Part shown: positions 8,086-16,000 of the stretch, piece after piece
Layout of the letters: the number at the start of each line of letters is the position of its first letter
Position numbering within the stretch: the first letter of the stretch is position 1
From: an uncultured Deinococcales bacterium
GTDB lineage: Bacteria; Deinococcota; Deinococci; Deinococcales; JAAFIG01
DNA: 18,528 nt
Direction of reading: 5' to 3'
Assembly: GCA_964244895.1 (NCBI GenBank)
Contig: CAXTKV010000090.1
Span: 1,292-19,819 of the forward strand
The notes under the pieces: model-generated
The model's input: only the letters and a program-made list of their open reading frames with translations
What the model was told of the DNA's origin: nothing
Database searches by the model: none
Translations under genes and position numbers: made by a program

Positions 8086-9004
8086 ATTCCTGCACGTCGC
8101 GGTTGGTGAAGCTCCAGATCATCAACCCGGCGAACAACAAAAAGTACACGCCGGACACGCCGACCGACCAGCCGACCTGCGACCAGTCGAGCACCGGAAT
8201 CACGCTCGGTGCGCTCGACCCCAACAAATTGACCGCGTCCTGCCCGAGCAGCCTCGAGCCCAGGCTGATGTTCGGCGTCAAGAAGAAGCGCGGCACGTCC
8301 TGAAGCACCTGCTGCAAGCGCGCCGCCTCGAGCGGAGCGGACAGCGGGCTGAGCTGTCCGACCTGCGCCACGATCGCCGCGCGCACGATGGTTTCAATCA
8401 ATCCGGGCAGCACCACCACGCCGATCACCGCAATCGCAGGCGAGGCCGTCAACCACGCGATCAAGAAGCCCAACGCCAGCGGAGCCGCCAGCACCAGCCA
8501 TTGCAGAAAATGCAGCGCCACCAGCGCACCCCAATCGCCCCCAAAACCGTCTGATAGCCCTGCCACGGTCGCCAGGCTGCCGAACACCAGGCTGCCCAGC
8601 AAACCGCCGAACAGGATGGCCGCCAGAAGCAGCATTCCCGACACGAACTTGGCGGCAATCACCCGTATCCGATCCGGGTTGGCGACCAGGATCGTTTTCC
8701 ACATCTTGAAGCTGCGTTCCTCACCGACCAAAAAGATCGCCATGACCGCCACCACCGGCAGGAGCATCAACTGGAACAACCCGCCCAGGCTGTTGCGCGC
8801 CATGTTGTACGGGCTGGCGATCTGGTTGATGGCCGTGTTGATGGTGTTGCCGTCCGCCAGCCCGCTGCCCGCCACCCGGCTCGAGACGAAGGCTGCCGAT
8901 ATCAGCTGCAAGGCGGGTGCGACGAGAATAAAAAAGGCCAGCAGCACCCAGAAACGCTTTTTCCTGGATGCCTTGAAAATTTCTGCGGCGATCATCTCAA
9001 GCAC
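8084..9004 (-). CDS. ABC-2 type exporter permease
   Basis: 306 aa; MLEMIAAEIFKASRKK N-terminus, GEERSFKMWKTILVANPDRIRVIAAKF, six or more TM helices, C-terminal FTNRDV; 8-nt overlap with the ATPase gene. Confidence 0.9.
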   Translation of the reverse strand: MLEMIAAEIFKASRKKRFWVLLAFFILVAPALQLISAAFVSSRVAGSGLADGNTINTAINQIASPYNMARNSLGGLFQLMLLPVVAVMAIFLVGEERSFKMWKTILVANPDRIRVIAAKFVSGMLLLAAILFGGLLGSLVFGSLATVAGLSDGFGGDWGALVALHFLQWLVLAAPLALGFLIAWLTASPAIAVIGVVVLPGLIETIVRAAIVAQVGQLSPLSAPLEAARLQQVLQDVPRFFLTPNISLGSRLLGQDAVNLLGSSAPSVIPVLDWSQVGWSVGVSGVYFLLFAGLMIWSFTNRDVQE

Positions 9005-9959
9005 GGCTGGCCTCCACGACCGGGTTCTGGGATGCGGCGCCCTGCGAAGCCTTGACGATCTCCAGGTACGCGTCCTCGAGATCCTGCTGCGGTGCGTCCC
9101 GGCGCATCTCCAGGATCGGGATGTTCGATTGCACCAGCAAGGGCGCGAGGCGGTACGCGGCGGCCTGCGGCATGACGATCCGCACGGTGTTTGTCGCGTT
9201 TTCCAGAGCCTCCGCGCGAATCACCCACGGTTCGCGGCGCAAGATTTCCAATGCTCGAAGCGCCTCCGAAGTCTCGAGCCGGTAGGCGGTGTCGGCGGCG
9301 TCGATGCGGTGAAAGAGATCACCGACCGGGCCGTCCGCCAAGAGCTTGCCTTTATCGATGATCAGCACGCGCCGCGCGAATTTTTCGACTTCCGCCAGAA
9401 TGTGGCTCGACACCAGCACCGTCAAGCCCGTCTCGCCGAAACGGATGATCGTGTCGCGCAATTCCGCCACGCCCTCCGGATCCAGGCCGTTGGCGGGCTC
9501 GTCCAGGATCAGGACTTTCGGGTTCGGCAAGAGCGCCCGCGCCAAGCCCAGGCGTTGCCTCATGCCCTGCGAATACTTGTGCACCCGATCCTTGGCTCGA
9601 GCCGTCAACTTGACCAAATCCAGCACTTCCGAAATGCGTTTGTCCGGAATTCCGCCGTGCATGCCCGCCGCATAGGACAGGTTGTCGTGCCCGGAAAGGT
9701 ACGGGTAAAAGGACGGTTCCTCGATCATTGCGCCCAGTTGCCGCAAGCTCGCGCCCGGCACGGCCTGATCCAGCACGCGCACCGTGCCGGACGTGGGGCG
9801 GATCAAGCCCACGATCATTCGCATCGTGGTCGTCTTGCCCGCACCGTTCGGCCCGAGAAACCCCACGATCTCTCCGGGTTCGAGCTTGAAAGAGATGTTG
9901 TCCACGGCTTTTCTCGAGCCGTAGCGCTTACTCAGGCCGCCAATTTCGATCACGCTCAC
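8997..9959 (-). CDS. ABC exporter ATP-binding subunit (CcmA/BcrA-like)
   Basis: Walker A GPNGAGKTT, signature YSQGMRQRLG, Walker B LILDEPANGLDP, H-loop SSHILAE; TAGACT 6 nt before GTG. Confidence 0.95.
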   Translation of the reverse strand: MSVIEIGGLSKRYGSRKAVDNISFKLEPGEIVGFLGPNGAGKTTTMRMIVGLIRPTSGTVRVLDQAVPGASLRQLGAMIEEPSFYPYLSGHDNLSYAAGMHGGIPDKRISEVLDLVKLTARAKDRVHKYSQGMRQRLGLARALLPNPKVLILDEPANGLDPEGVAELRDTIIRFGETGLTVLVSSHILAEVEKFARRVLIIDKGKLLADGPVGDLFHRIDAADTAYRLETSEALRALEILRREPWVIRAEALENATNTVRIVMPQAAAYRLAPLLVQSNIPILEMRRDAPQQDLEDAYLEIVKASQGAASQNPVVEASRA

Positions 9960-10013
9960 GAGGTCAGTCTACGCGAGCCGCGCCTGAGCGGTTCCCGTGA
10001 TGGGTGCTCAGCG

Positions 10014-10063
10014 CGAGAACACCGTCCAGCACGCGAAATTGAGAATGCGTGCTGGACGGTGTT
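10014..10063 (+). repeat. Palindromic repeat family, copy 5 (best-preserved copy)
   Basis: AACACCGTCCAGCACGC (10018-10034) / GCGTGCTGGACGGTGTT (10047-10063): perfect 17-bp stem with a 12-nt loop. Confidence 0.92.
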
Positions 10064-10228
10064 GCCCTCAAGCAATGTCAGTCAGACTCAAAATGGACGC
10101 GAAGACAGAATGCAAACCGTGCAGATCAGGCTCGAAAGCACCGCTCTCGATCGACGGTTTGCGCTCCTCCGGTTGACTTCAAATGTGCGGCCCGAACTGT
10201 ATTTGTCGCCTCGAGCAAGACTGCCTCA

Positions 10229-10248
10229 GGGTAAGGCCAATCTTACCC
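10229..10248. promoter_or_regulatory. Dyad GGGTAAG-N6-CTTACCC, candidate regulator site upstream of icd
   Basis: Perfect 7-bp inverted repeat about 45 nt upstream of a TACGAT -10 candidate (10294-10299). Confidence 0.4.
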
Positions 10249-10309
10249 GAAAAGACCGTCGCCAAAACACCAGAATCCCGTTCCGATCACCCCTACGATG
10301 CCGTGCAGC

Positions 10310-10342
10310 ATGTGCTGGAGAGCGAATAACGCTCCAGCACAT
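10310..10342 (+). promoter_or_regulatory. Strong hairpin in the icd 5' UTR directly before the SD
   Basis: ATGTGCTGG-AG-AGCG-AATAA-CGCT-CCAGCACAT, then c GGGAGG cgt ATG. Confidence 0.6.
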
Positions 10343-10352
10343 CGGGAGGCGT

Positions 10353-11804
10353 ATGTCAAAAATTCCCATCACCGTCGCACACGGCGACGGTATCGGCCCG
10401 GAAATCATGGACGCGACGCTCGAGGTGCTGACGGCGGCGGGCGCGCAGCTTCAACCCGAAACCATCCAGATCGGCAAATCGGTCTACGAAAGGGGCTTCT
10501 CGAGCGGCATCGAACCGGCCAGCTGGGAATCGTTGCGGCGCACCAAAGTCTTCTTGAAATCCCCGATCACGACTCCCTCGGGCGGCGGGTACAAGAGCTT
10601 GAACGTGACGATCCGCAAGACGCTCGGCCTGTACGCCAACGTCCGACCGTGCCAGTCGTTTGAACCTTTCGTGGCGACCAAACACGCCGGTATCGACCTG
10701 GTGATCGTGCGCGAGAACGAGGAAGACCTCTACGCCGGGATCGAACACCAACAGACGGACGAAGTCGTGCAGTGCTTGAAATTGATCTCGAGACCTGGCA
10801 CGGAACGGATCGTGCGTTACGCCCTCGAATACGCGCGGCGCACCAACCGAAAACGCGTGACCTGCATCACCAAGGACAACATCATGAAGTTGACCGACGG
10901 CCTGTTTCACAAGGTCTTCGACGAGATCGGCGCAGAATACCCGGAACTCGAAAAGGACCACATGATCGTGGACATCGGCGCGGCCAAACTGGCTGAGACG
11001 CCCGAACGATTCGACGTGATCCTCGCGCCGAACCTCTACGGCGACATCCTCTCGGACATCGCCGCCGAGGTCACGGGATCGGTCGGGCTGGCCGGATCGT
11101 CCAACGTCGGCGATCACATCGCCATGTTCGAGGCCGTCCACGGCAGCGCCCCCGACATCGCCGGAAAAGGGATCGCGAATCCGTCCGGTCTGCTGAACGC
11201 CGCCGTGCTGATGCTGGTTCACATCGGTCAGCCGGAGGTCGCGTCCCGCATCAAGAACGCCTGGTTGAAAACCCTGGAGGACGGCGTTCACACCGCCGAC
11301 ATCTTCGAGGAAGGCGTCAGCCGACAGCGCGTCGGCACGAAAGAATTCGCGCAGGCGGTGATTGGAAATCTGGGTTCAGGGCCATCCAGACTGCCCGCAG
11401 CCAAGTTCGGTGCCGCCAACCCCGCCCCGATGGTTCCAATCTCGACCGGAACGCGCCGCGAGCCCGCCAAGAAAGAGACTGTCGGCGTGGACGTGTTCGT
11501 CAACTGGCGCGGTCAGAACCCCGAAGAACTCGCGGCGCAACTGCAGGGCTGCAACCTCGAGCACCTGAAATTGATCATGATCACCAATCGCGGCGTCAAG
11601 GTCTGGCCCGGCGGCTTTCCCGAGACCTTCCGCACCGACCACTGGCGCGGACGATTCACCGTGCCGGACGGGCTGGCCGCCAGCCACCACGAGATCGCGC
11701 GCCTGCTGGCTCGGGTGGCGGACGCGGGCATGGATTTCATCAAGATCGAGAACCTGTGCACGTTTGATGGGCAGCCGGGGTTCTCGCTGGGTCAAGGTCA
11801 GTAG
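10353..11804 (+). CDS. icd: Isocitrate dehydrogenase, long form with C-terminal extension (483 aa)
   Basis: MSKIPITVAHGDGIGPEIM...PITTPSGGGYKSLNVTIRKTLGLYANVRP...IVRENEEDLY...TKDNIMK...PNLYGDILSD...FEAVHGSAPDIAGKGIANP; SD GGGAGG. Start is 10353, not 8388. Confidence 0.95.
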   Translation: MSKIPITVAHGDGIGPEIMDATLEVLTAAGAQLQPETIQIGKSVYERGFSSGIEPASWESLRRTKVFLKSPITTPSGGGYKSLNVTIRKTLGLYANVRPCQSFEPFVATKHAGIDLVIVRENEEDLYAGIEHQQTDEVVQCLKLISRPGTERIVRYALEYARRTNRKRVTCITKDNIMKLTDGLFHKVFDEIGAEYPELEKDHMIVDIGAAKLAETPERFDVILAPNLYGDILSDIAAEVTGSVGLAGSSNVGDHIAMFEAVHGSAPDIAGKGIANPSGLLNAAVLMLVHIGQPEVASRIKNAWLKTLEDGVHTADIFEEGVSRQRVGTKEFAQAVIGNLGSGPSRLPAAKFGAANPAPMVPISTGTRREPAKKETVGVDVFVNWRGQNPEELAAQLQGCNLEHLKLIMITNRGVKVWPGGFPETFRTDHWRGRFTVPDGLAASHHEIARLLARVADAGMDFIKIENLCTFDGQPGFSLGQGQ

Positions 11805-11815
11805 AGCTGTCATCT

Positions 11816-11866
11816 CGAGAACACCGTCCCACGCGCGAATCTTGAAGCGCGTGTGGGACGGTCTTC
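11816..11866 (+). repeat. Palindromic repeat family, copy 6, between the convergent icd and recQ (may act as 3' stabiliser or terminator)
   Basis: CGAGAACACCGTCCCACGCGCG-AATCTTGAAG-CGCGTGTGGGACGGTCTTC fills most of the 66-bp gap. Confidence 0.88.
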
Positions 11867-11870
11867 CGAT

Positions 11871-14354
11871 TCAGCTGTTCTTGAGCGCCCACAGCCGAAC
11901 CCGTGCCGCCGTGCGGACGTAACTGATGGGATCGCTCGAGGACAGATGCTCGAGCTTCGCGGAATCCTTTGAAACCCGCACCGCCGCGAGCCGCACGCGC
12001 GGTCTCGCGTCCTCGAGCATGAATTCCATCCGGAAATCTGGGTCGAGCTTGTGCAACGCACCGATGGCGCTCGAGGCGATCTGCTCGTCGGCGTGATCCA
12101 GGTACGGGCGCACGGCCTCGAAGCGCCCGCCCAATTCCGCGATGATCTCGAGCGCTTTGGACAGCACGCGTTCGGGCAGGGCTGCGAGTTGATCCTCGAG
12201 CAGTTTCGCCTCGAAGCGCACGCCCTGCGTGGCGGCCTCGATCAGCTCTAAGGCTTCAGAGAACGCGAAGCCCGCGCCGGATTTCGCAACCGCGAGACGG
12301 GGTTCCGGGGCCGCAGGCTTCGGCGTCTCGTTCCTGGACATTTCGGATTTCGGGATCGGCTTCGGCGGTGCGGGACGCGCAGCCGTATCGCCCTTCAGCA
12401 GCTCCAGCACGTCCTGGCCGTAACGCTCGAGTTTGCTCGGCCCGATGCCGGGAACGTTGCCCAGCGCCTCGAGCGTGCGCGGGCGAGCGGTCACCAGCGC
12501 GGCCAGCGTTTTGTCGTGCATGACGTAGGCGGGCGAGAGCTTGTCGCGTTTGGCCGCCTCGAGCCGCCAGCTTTTGAGCGCCATCGTGAGTGGGTCGTCC
12601 GGGTCGAGTTCGGGCTTCACGTTCACCGCAACACCGTTCTGGACGCTGTTTTTTGACGCTCGAGATTCGCGTGTGGGACTGTGTTCTCGAGACTCGCCCG
12701 ATTCTGGACTTCCGCTGGTCACCACGATCACGCCGCTTTTTTCCGTCAGTTCACCGTCGCGGATGGCTTCCTCGATGGCGGCGCGAACCTCGTCCTGGCT
12801 GTAAAAACGCAGCACGCCGAAACCGGGATCGGTGCGCAGGCCGCCCATCACGACTTCCTTGGCGGTTGATCCGGTCAAGACCTGCACCATCAGTTTCTTG
12901 GTGACGGTCTTGCGTTTCGCCAGCGCCAGGATGCCGGTGCGCAGGCTGGCGCTCTGGCGCGGGTCGCCGACCTCGCCGAGTTCGGGGCGGCAACGGTCGC
13001 AGTTGCCGCACGGCCCCATGCGCTGGCTGAAATGCCCGACCAGAAAGGCGCGTCGGCAACCCGCCGTGCGCGCGTAACCCACGACTTTTTCCATGGCGTT
13101 CAGCTCGAAGCGTTTGCGGGCGTACATGGCGGTGTAGCTGGCGGTGCGGGCGTTCGCGCCCTTGACGGCGGTGTAGACGCCGCCCTCTAAGGTCAGCAGG
13201 TTTGCGTCAAAAAGCGCCTTGACGGCCACGTTGACGGGCGTGGAATCGAACCCCAATCGCTCCGAGACCTCGCCGCTCGAGCCGGGTTCGCCTTTCAGGC
13301 TGTCGAAGACGCTCCAGATCAATCGGTCGGGCGGGTAGTTGCCCTCTATCAAGCGTTTGCGCGTCATCGTGTCCTGCACGGCGTAGAGCATCGCGGCGTG
13401 GGCGGGCTGCCCGTCGCGCCCGGCGCGTCCGGCCTCCTGGTAGTAGGCTTCCAGCGTTCCGGGGTGCTGGTAATGCACGACCAATCGCACGTCCGCTTTA
13501 TCGATGCCCATGCCGAACGCGACCGTGGCGCAGATCAGGTCGGATTTCCCGGCCAGGAACTTGTCCTGCACGCGTGATCGGGTCTGATCCGGCAATCCCG
13601 CGTGGTAGGCGATGCCGCCGAGGGCTTCCGCGAGTTCCTCGGTTTTCTTGCGGGTGGAGCAATACACGATGCACGGCCCCGGATGCTGACGGCGCAGCAG
13701 GCGCAATGTCTCGAGCTTCGTGCCCTCGGTTTTCGTGTCGTGGACGCTGAAGGTCAGGTTGGGACGATCAAAACTGCCGACCTGCACCAGTGGATTGTTC
13801 AGCAACCGTTCCGCGATCTCCTCGCGCACCTTCGGCGTGGCCGTCGCAGTCAGGGCCAGCGTCGGCGCGTTCAATGGCCGCAAGATATCGCCGAGCGCCA
13901 GGTAATCCGGTCTGAAATCGTGACCCCATTGCGAGACGCAGTGCGCTTCGTCCACCACCACCAGCGCGGCCTTGCCGAGCATCGTGGCCGAGGCCCGCAC
14001 GCGTTCCGGCGCGATGTACACCAGTTTGTACTCGCCGCGCCGCACGCCCTCGAGCCGGGAATTGAACTCTTCGCTGGTCAAGCCGGACGCCAGATACGTG
14101 GCCCTGACGCCGCGCCGCTCCAGGGCGTCCACCTGATCCTTCATCAGCGCGATCAGCGGGCTGATCACCACGGTCGTTCCCGGCAACAGGGTCGCGGGCA
14201 ACTGGTAGGTCAGGCTTTTGCCGCCGCCCGTCGGCAGCACCGTCAAGGCGTCGTGGCCGTCCAGCACGGCCTGGATCGTCTCGAGTTGCAGGGGTCGGAA
14301 ACTCGAGTGCCCGAAGCGTTTGAGCGCCTGCTCGAGTTGGGCGGGGGAGATCAC
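11871..14354 (-). CDS. recQ: RecQ-family ATP-dependent DNA helicase with Zn-binding, RQC and HRDC domains plus C-terminal HEAT-like repeats
   Basis: [72 protein letters not shown]...CGNCDRC, HRDC-like [26 protein letters not shown]...[16 protein letters not shown] 14354 preferred as start, with TAGACT 7 nt upstream. Confidence 0.93.
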   Translation of the reverse strand: MISPAQLEQALKRFGHSSFRPLQLETIQAVLDGHDALTVLPTGGGKSLTYQLPATLLPGTTVVISPLIALMKDQVDALERRGVRATYLASGLTSEEFNSRLEGVRRGEYKLVYIAPERVRASATMLGKAALVVVDEAHCVSQWGHDFRPDYLALGDILRPLNAPTLALTATATPKVREEIAERLLNNPLVQVGSFDRPNLTFSVHDTKTEGTKLETLRLLRRQHPGPCIVYCSTRKKTEELAEALGGIAYHAGLPDQTRSRVQDKFLAGKSDLICATVAFGMGIDKADVRLVVHYQHPGTLEAYYQEAGRAGRDGQPAHAAMLYAVQDTMTRKRLIEGNYPPDRLIWSVFDSLKGEPGSSGEVSERLGFDSTPVNVAVKALFDANLLTLEGGVYTAVKGANARTASYTAMYARKRFELNAMEKVVGYARTAGCRRAFLVGHFSQRMGPCGNCDRCRPELGEVGDPRQSASLRTGILALAKRKTVTKKLMVQVLTGSTAKEVVMGGLRTDPGFGVLRFYSQDEVRAAIEEAIRDGELTEKSGVIVVTSGSPESGESREHSPTRESRASKNSVQNGVAVNVKPELDPDDPLTMALKSWRLEAAKRDKLSPAYVMHDKTLAALVTARPRTLEALGNVPGIGPSKLERYGQDVLELLKGDTAARPAPPKPIPKSEMSRNETPKPAAPEPRLAVAKSGAGFAFSEALELIEAATQGVRFEAKLLEDQLAALPERVLSKALEIIAELGGRFEAVRPYLDHADEQIASSAIGALHKLDPDFRMEFMLEDARPRVRLAAVRVSKDSAKLEHLSSSDPISYVRTAARVRLWALKNS
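12630..12689 (-). repeat. Palindromic repeat family, copy 7, inside the recQ coding sequence
   Basis: Minus strand CGAGAACACAGTCCCACACGCGAATCTCGAGCGTCAAAAAACAGCGTCCAGAACGGTGTT, translated as part of [23 protein letters not shown] in the RQC-HRDC linker. Confidence 0.85.
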
Positions 14355-14373
14355 GCCCCCAAGTCTACCCCGA

Positions 14374-14390
14374 TTCTGTCTCGAACAGAA
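14374..14390. promoter_or_regulatory. RDRM-like (DdrO operator) 17-bp palindrome in the recQ promoter
   Basis: TTCTG-TCTCGAA-CAGAA; 6 nt upstream of the TAGACT -10 box (14362-14367, minus strand), covering the -35 position. Confidence 0.8.
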
Positions 14391-14519
14391 TTCCATCCGG
14401 TGTGCCCTTCAGTCGCCCCCCGCGAAGGGGGTCACGGCAGCGCTGCGCGCGGTCGGTGTCATCGGCCCCGTCCTGGTTCATCGCGGAGGGGTCGCCTCGC
14501 ACCGCTCTCGAGCGTTCAC

Positions 14520-14569
14520 GAACACCGTCCAGCACGCATCTTTCAAACAGCGTCCCAGACGGTGTCCCG
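14520..14569 (+). repeat. Palindromic repeat family, copy 8
   Basis: GAACACCGTCCAGCACGC-ATCTTTCAAACA-GCGTCCCAGACGGTGTCCCG; 10 nt from the radical SAM stop codon. Confidence 0.85.
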
Positions 14570-14579
14570 AGCAACGCGC

Positions 14580-15662
14580 TCACTCGAGCCCCGTGAACAA
14601 CGAATCCTGAACCCAGCGCCCAGGCACGCGAAAATGTGCGGTGGACAGCTTGAACTCGGATTTCCGCAATCCGGCCTGACGGCGTGCCGTGCGGTGCAGG
14701 GCGCGAATCTGTTCCGCAAAGATGCCCTCCCCGTTCATCCGGCTTCCGAAGCGCGAATCGCTCAGTTGCCCGCCGCGCGTAGATTTGATGCGGTTCAGAA
14801 TCTTGTTCTTGCGTTCGGGCAGGTGGCGCTCCAGCCAGTCGGTGAAGATGTCCTTGACGCCGTGCGGCAAGCGCAGGATCGAATACCCGACGAATTTTGC
14901 GCCCGCGCCGACGGCGGCCTTGACCAGCGCGGGGATCTCGTGATCGTTCAAGCCGGGAACGATCGGTGCGGTCAGCACGCCCACAAAAACGCCCGCTTCG
15001 GCCAGAAGGCTGACCGCCTCGAGTCGGCGCGCCGTGGTGCTGGTGCGCGGCTCCATCACGCGGCGCAGGTCTTCATCGAGCGTCGTGATCGAGACGGCCA
15101 CGCTGACGGCCTCAAACCGCGCGAGTTCGCGCAGGATCTCCAGGTCGCGGGTGATCAGGTGGTTCTTGGTGATGATCCCGACCGGGTTTCTGAACTCCAA
15201 CAGCACCTCCAGACACCGTCTGGTCAGCTCGAGTTTGCGCTCTAAGGGTTGGTACACGTCGGTGATGGCGCTCAGGGCGATCACCTGCGGATTCCAGCGG
15301 CGGGCGCTCAGTTCTTTGCGCAAAAGCGCGGGCGCATCCACCTTGACCATGATCTTGGTTTCAAAATCCAATCCCGAGCCGAAACCCAGGTATTCGTGCG
15401 TGGGACGAGCGAAGCAGTAGCTGCACCCGTGCTCGCAGCCGCGATACGGGCTGAGGCTGGCTTCAAATCCGATGTCGGGGCTCGTGTTGTACGCGATGAT
15501 CGTTTTGGCGTGATCGCGGTAAAAAACAGTCTTGCGCGGCGCGGCGTCGGGTTCGTACTCGTCGGGGTCTATGGTGACCTCGAGTTGCTCGAAGCGGTTC
15601 TTGGGGTTCCAGCTCGAGCCTCGGCCTTTGAGCGTCGGGTAAAGGTGGTCGTTCGAGGACAT
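14580..15662 (-). CDS. Radical SAM protein, PA0069/Rv2578c family (SplB/spore-photoproduct-lyase-like), putative DNA repair
   Basis: 360 aa; KGRGSSWNPKNRF, NTSPDIGFEASLSPYRGCEHGCSYCFARPTHEYLG (CxxxCxxC), TDVYQPLERK, ITK, MEPRT, PIVPGLND. Confidence 0.92.
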   Translation of the reverse strand: MSSNDHLYPTLKGRGSSWNPKNRFEQLEVTIDPDEYEPDAAPRKTVFYRDHAKTIIAYNTSPDIGFEASLSPYRGCEHGCSYCFARPTHEYLGFGSGLDFETKIMVKVDAPALLRKELSARRWNPQVIALSAITDVYQPLERKLELTRRCLEVLLEFRNPVGIITKNHLITRDLEILRELARFEAVSVAVSITTLDEDLRRVMEPRTSTTARRLEAVSLLAEAGVFVGVLTAPIVPGLNDHEIPALVKAAVGAGAKFVGYSILRLPHGVKDIFTDWLERHLPERKNKILNRIKSTRGGQLSDSRFGSRMNGEGIFAEQIRALHRTARRQAGLRKSEFKLSTAHFRVPGRWVQDSLFTGLE

Positions 15663-15663
15663 G

Positions 15664-15680
15664 ATCTGTTTCTAGCATAA
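15664..15680. promoter_or_regulatory. RDRM-like (DdrO operator) 17-bp site overlapping the radical SAM -10 box and likely start site
   Basis: Minus strand TTATG-CTAGAAA-CAGAT, one mismatch to TT(A/C)(T/C)G-N7-C(A/G)(T/G)AA. It contains TATGCT and ends 1 nt before the ATG. Confidence 0.75.
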
Positions 15681-15854
15681 ATATGTAATCTGATTTCGCT
15701 TTTAACCTGCTGACTCGAGGCGGGTTCTCCGAAACCCGAGTTTGAGAACGGGCGTCGGGCGCGCAAGACTTGTTTTTCTGACCGAACCCGTGCCCATTTT
15801 CCTCAGTATTGACTCGATAAAAGGTCTACAGTGCGGCTCAGGAGCTCTCTCCGA

Positions 15855-15928
15855 CTCGGAGGCGATGAATCCTGTCCCGCAAGATTGGGCGCTGGGGACA
15901 GGTGGAGCCAGTAGCGCAACCGACCGAG
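15855..15928 (+). ncRNA. Cyclic di-GMP-II riboswitch aptamer
   Basis: CTCGG-AGGCGATGAA-TCCTGTCCC...TTGG-GCGCT-GGGGACAGG-TGGAGCCAGT-AGCGC-AACCGA-CCGAG. Closing stem CTCGG/CCGAG, kink-turn-like GATGAA/TGGAG, stem CCTGTCCC/GGGACAGG, pseudoknot GCGCT/AGCGC and the conserved CAACCGACC tail are all present. Confidence 0.88.
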
Positions 15929-15929
15929 C

Positions 15930-15946
15930 ACACGCGAAACGCGTGT
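15930..15946 (+). promoter_or_regulatory. Hairpin immediately after the aptamer (possible expression platform)
   Basis: ACACGCG-AAA-CGCGTGT; no adjacent U-tract. Confidence 0.45.
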
Positions 15947-16000
15947 CGTCCTGTTTGGTGCAGCGTCCCAGCCTGAACGCACTATGCGCTGGAGACACCC

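Noticed and set aside
8388..10352. 1138-aa ORF suggesting a giant N-terminally extended isocitrate dehydrogenase
   Set aside because: The extension is the antisense shadow of the ABC genes plus intergenic repeat DNA. IDH homology begins at ATG 10353, which has its own SD.
14440..14495. Fluoride or second c-di-GMP-II riboswitch on the minus strand (GCGATGAA...GCCGATGACACCGACC)
   Set aside because: Only isolated words match; the required pairing partners and the TGGAGCNAGT core are missing.
13602..15245. 547-aa plus-strand ORF and other long opposite-strand ORFs (e.g. 5272-6306, 6950-7930, 16997-18238)
   Set aside because: Typical high-GC antisense shadow frames over well-supported genes, with no recognisable motifs.
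15809..15832. TTGACT...TACAGT as a -35/-10 pair for the riboswitch transcript
   Set aside because: The spacing is only 12 nt. TACAGT (15827-15832) may still be the -10 box, but the pair is not supported.
15702..16000. ORFs 15702-15998 (-) and 15742-16284 (+) across the riboswitch region
   Set aside because: No recognisable protein features; the region is better explained as promoter plus riboswitch leader.
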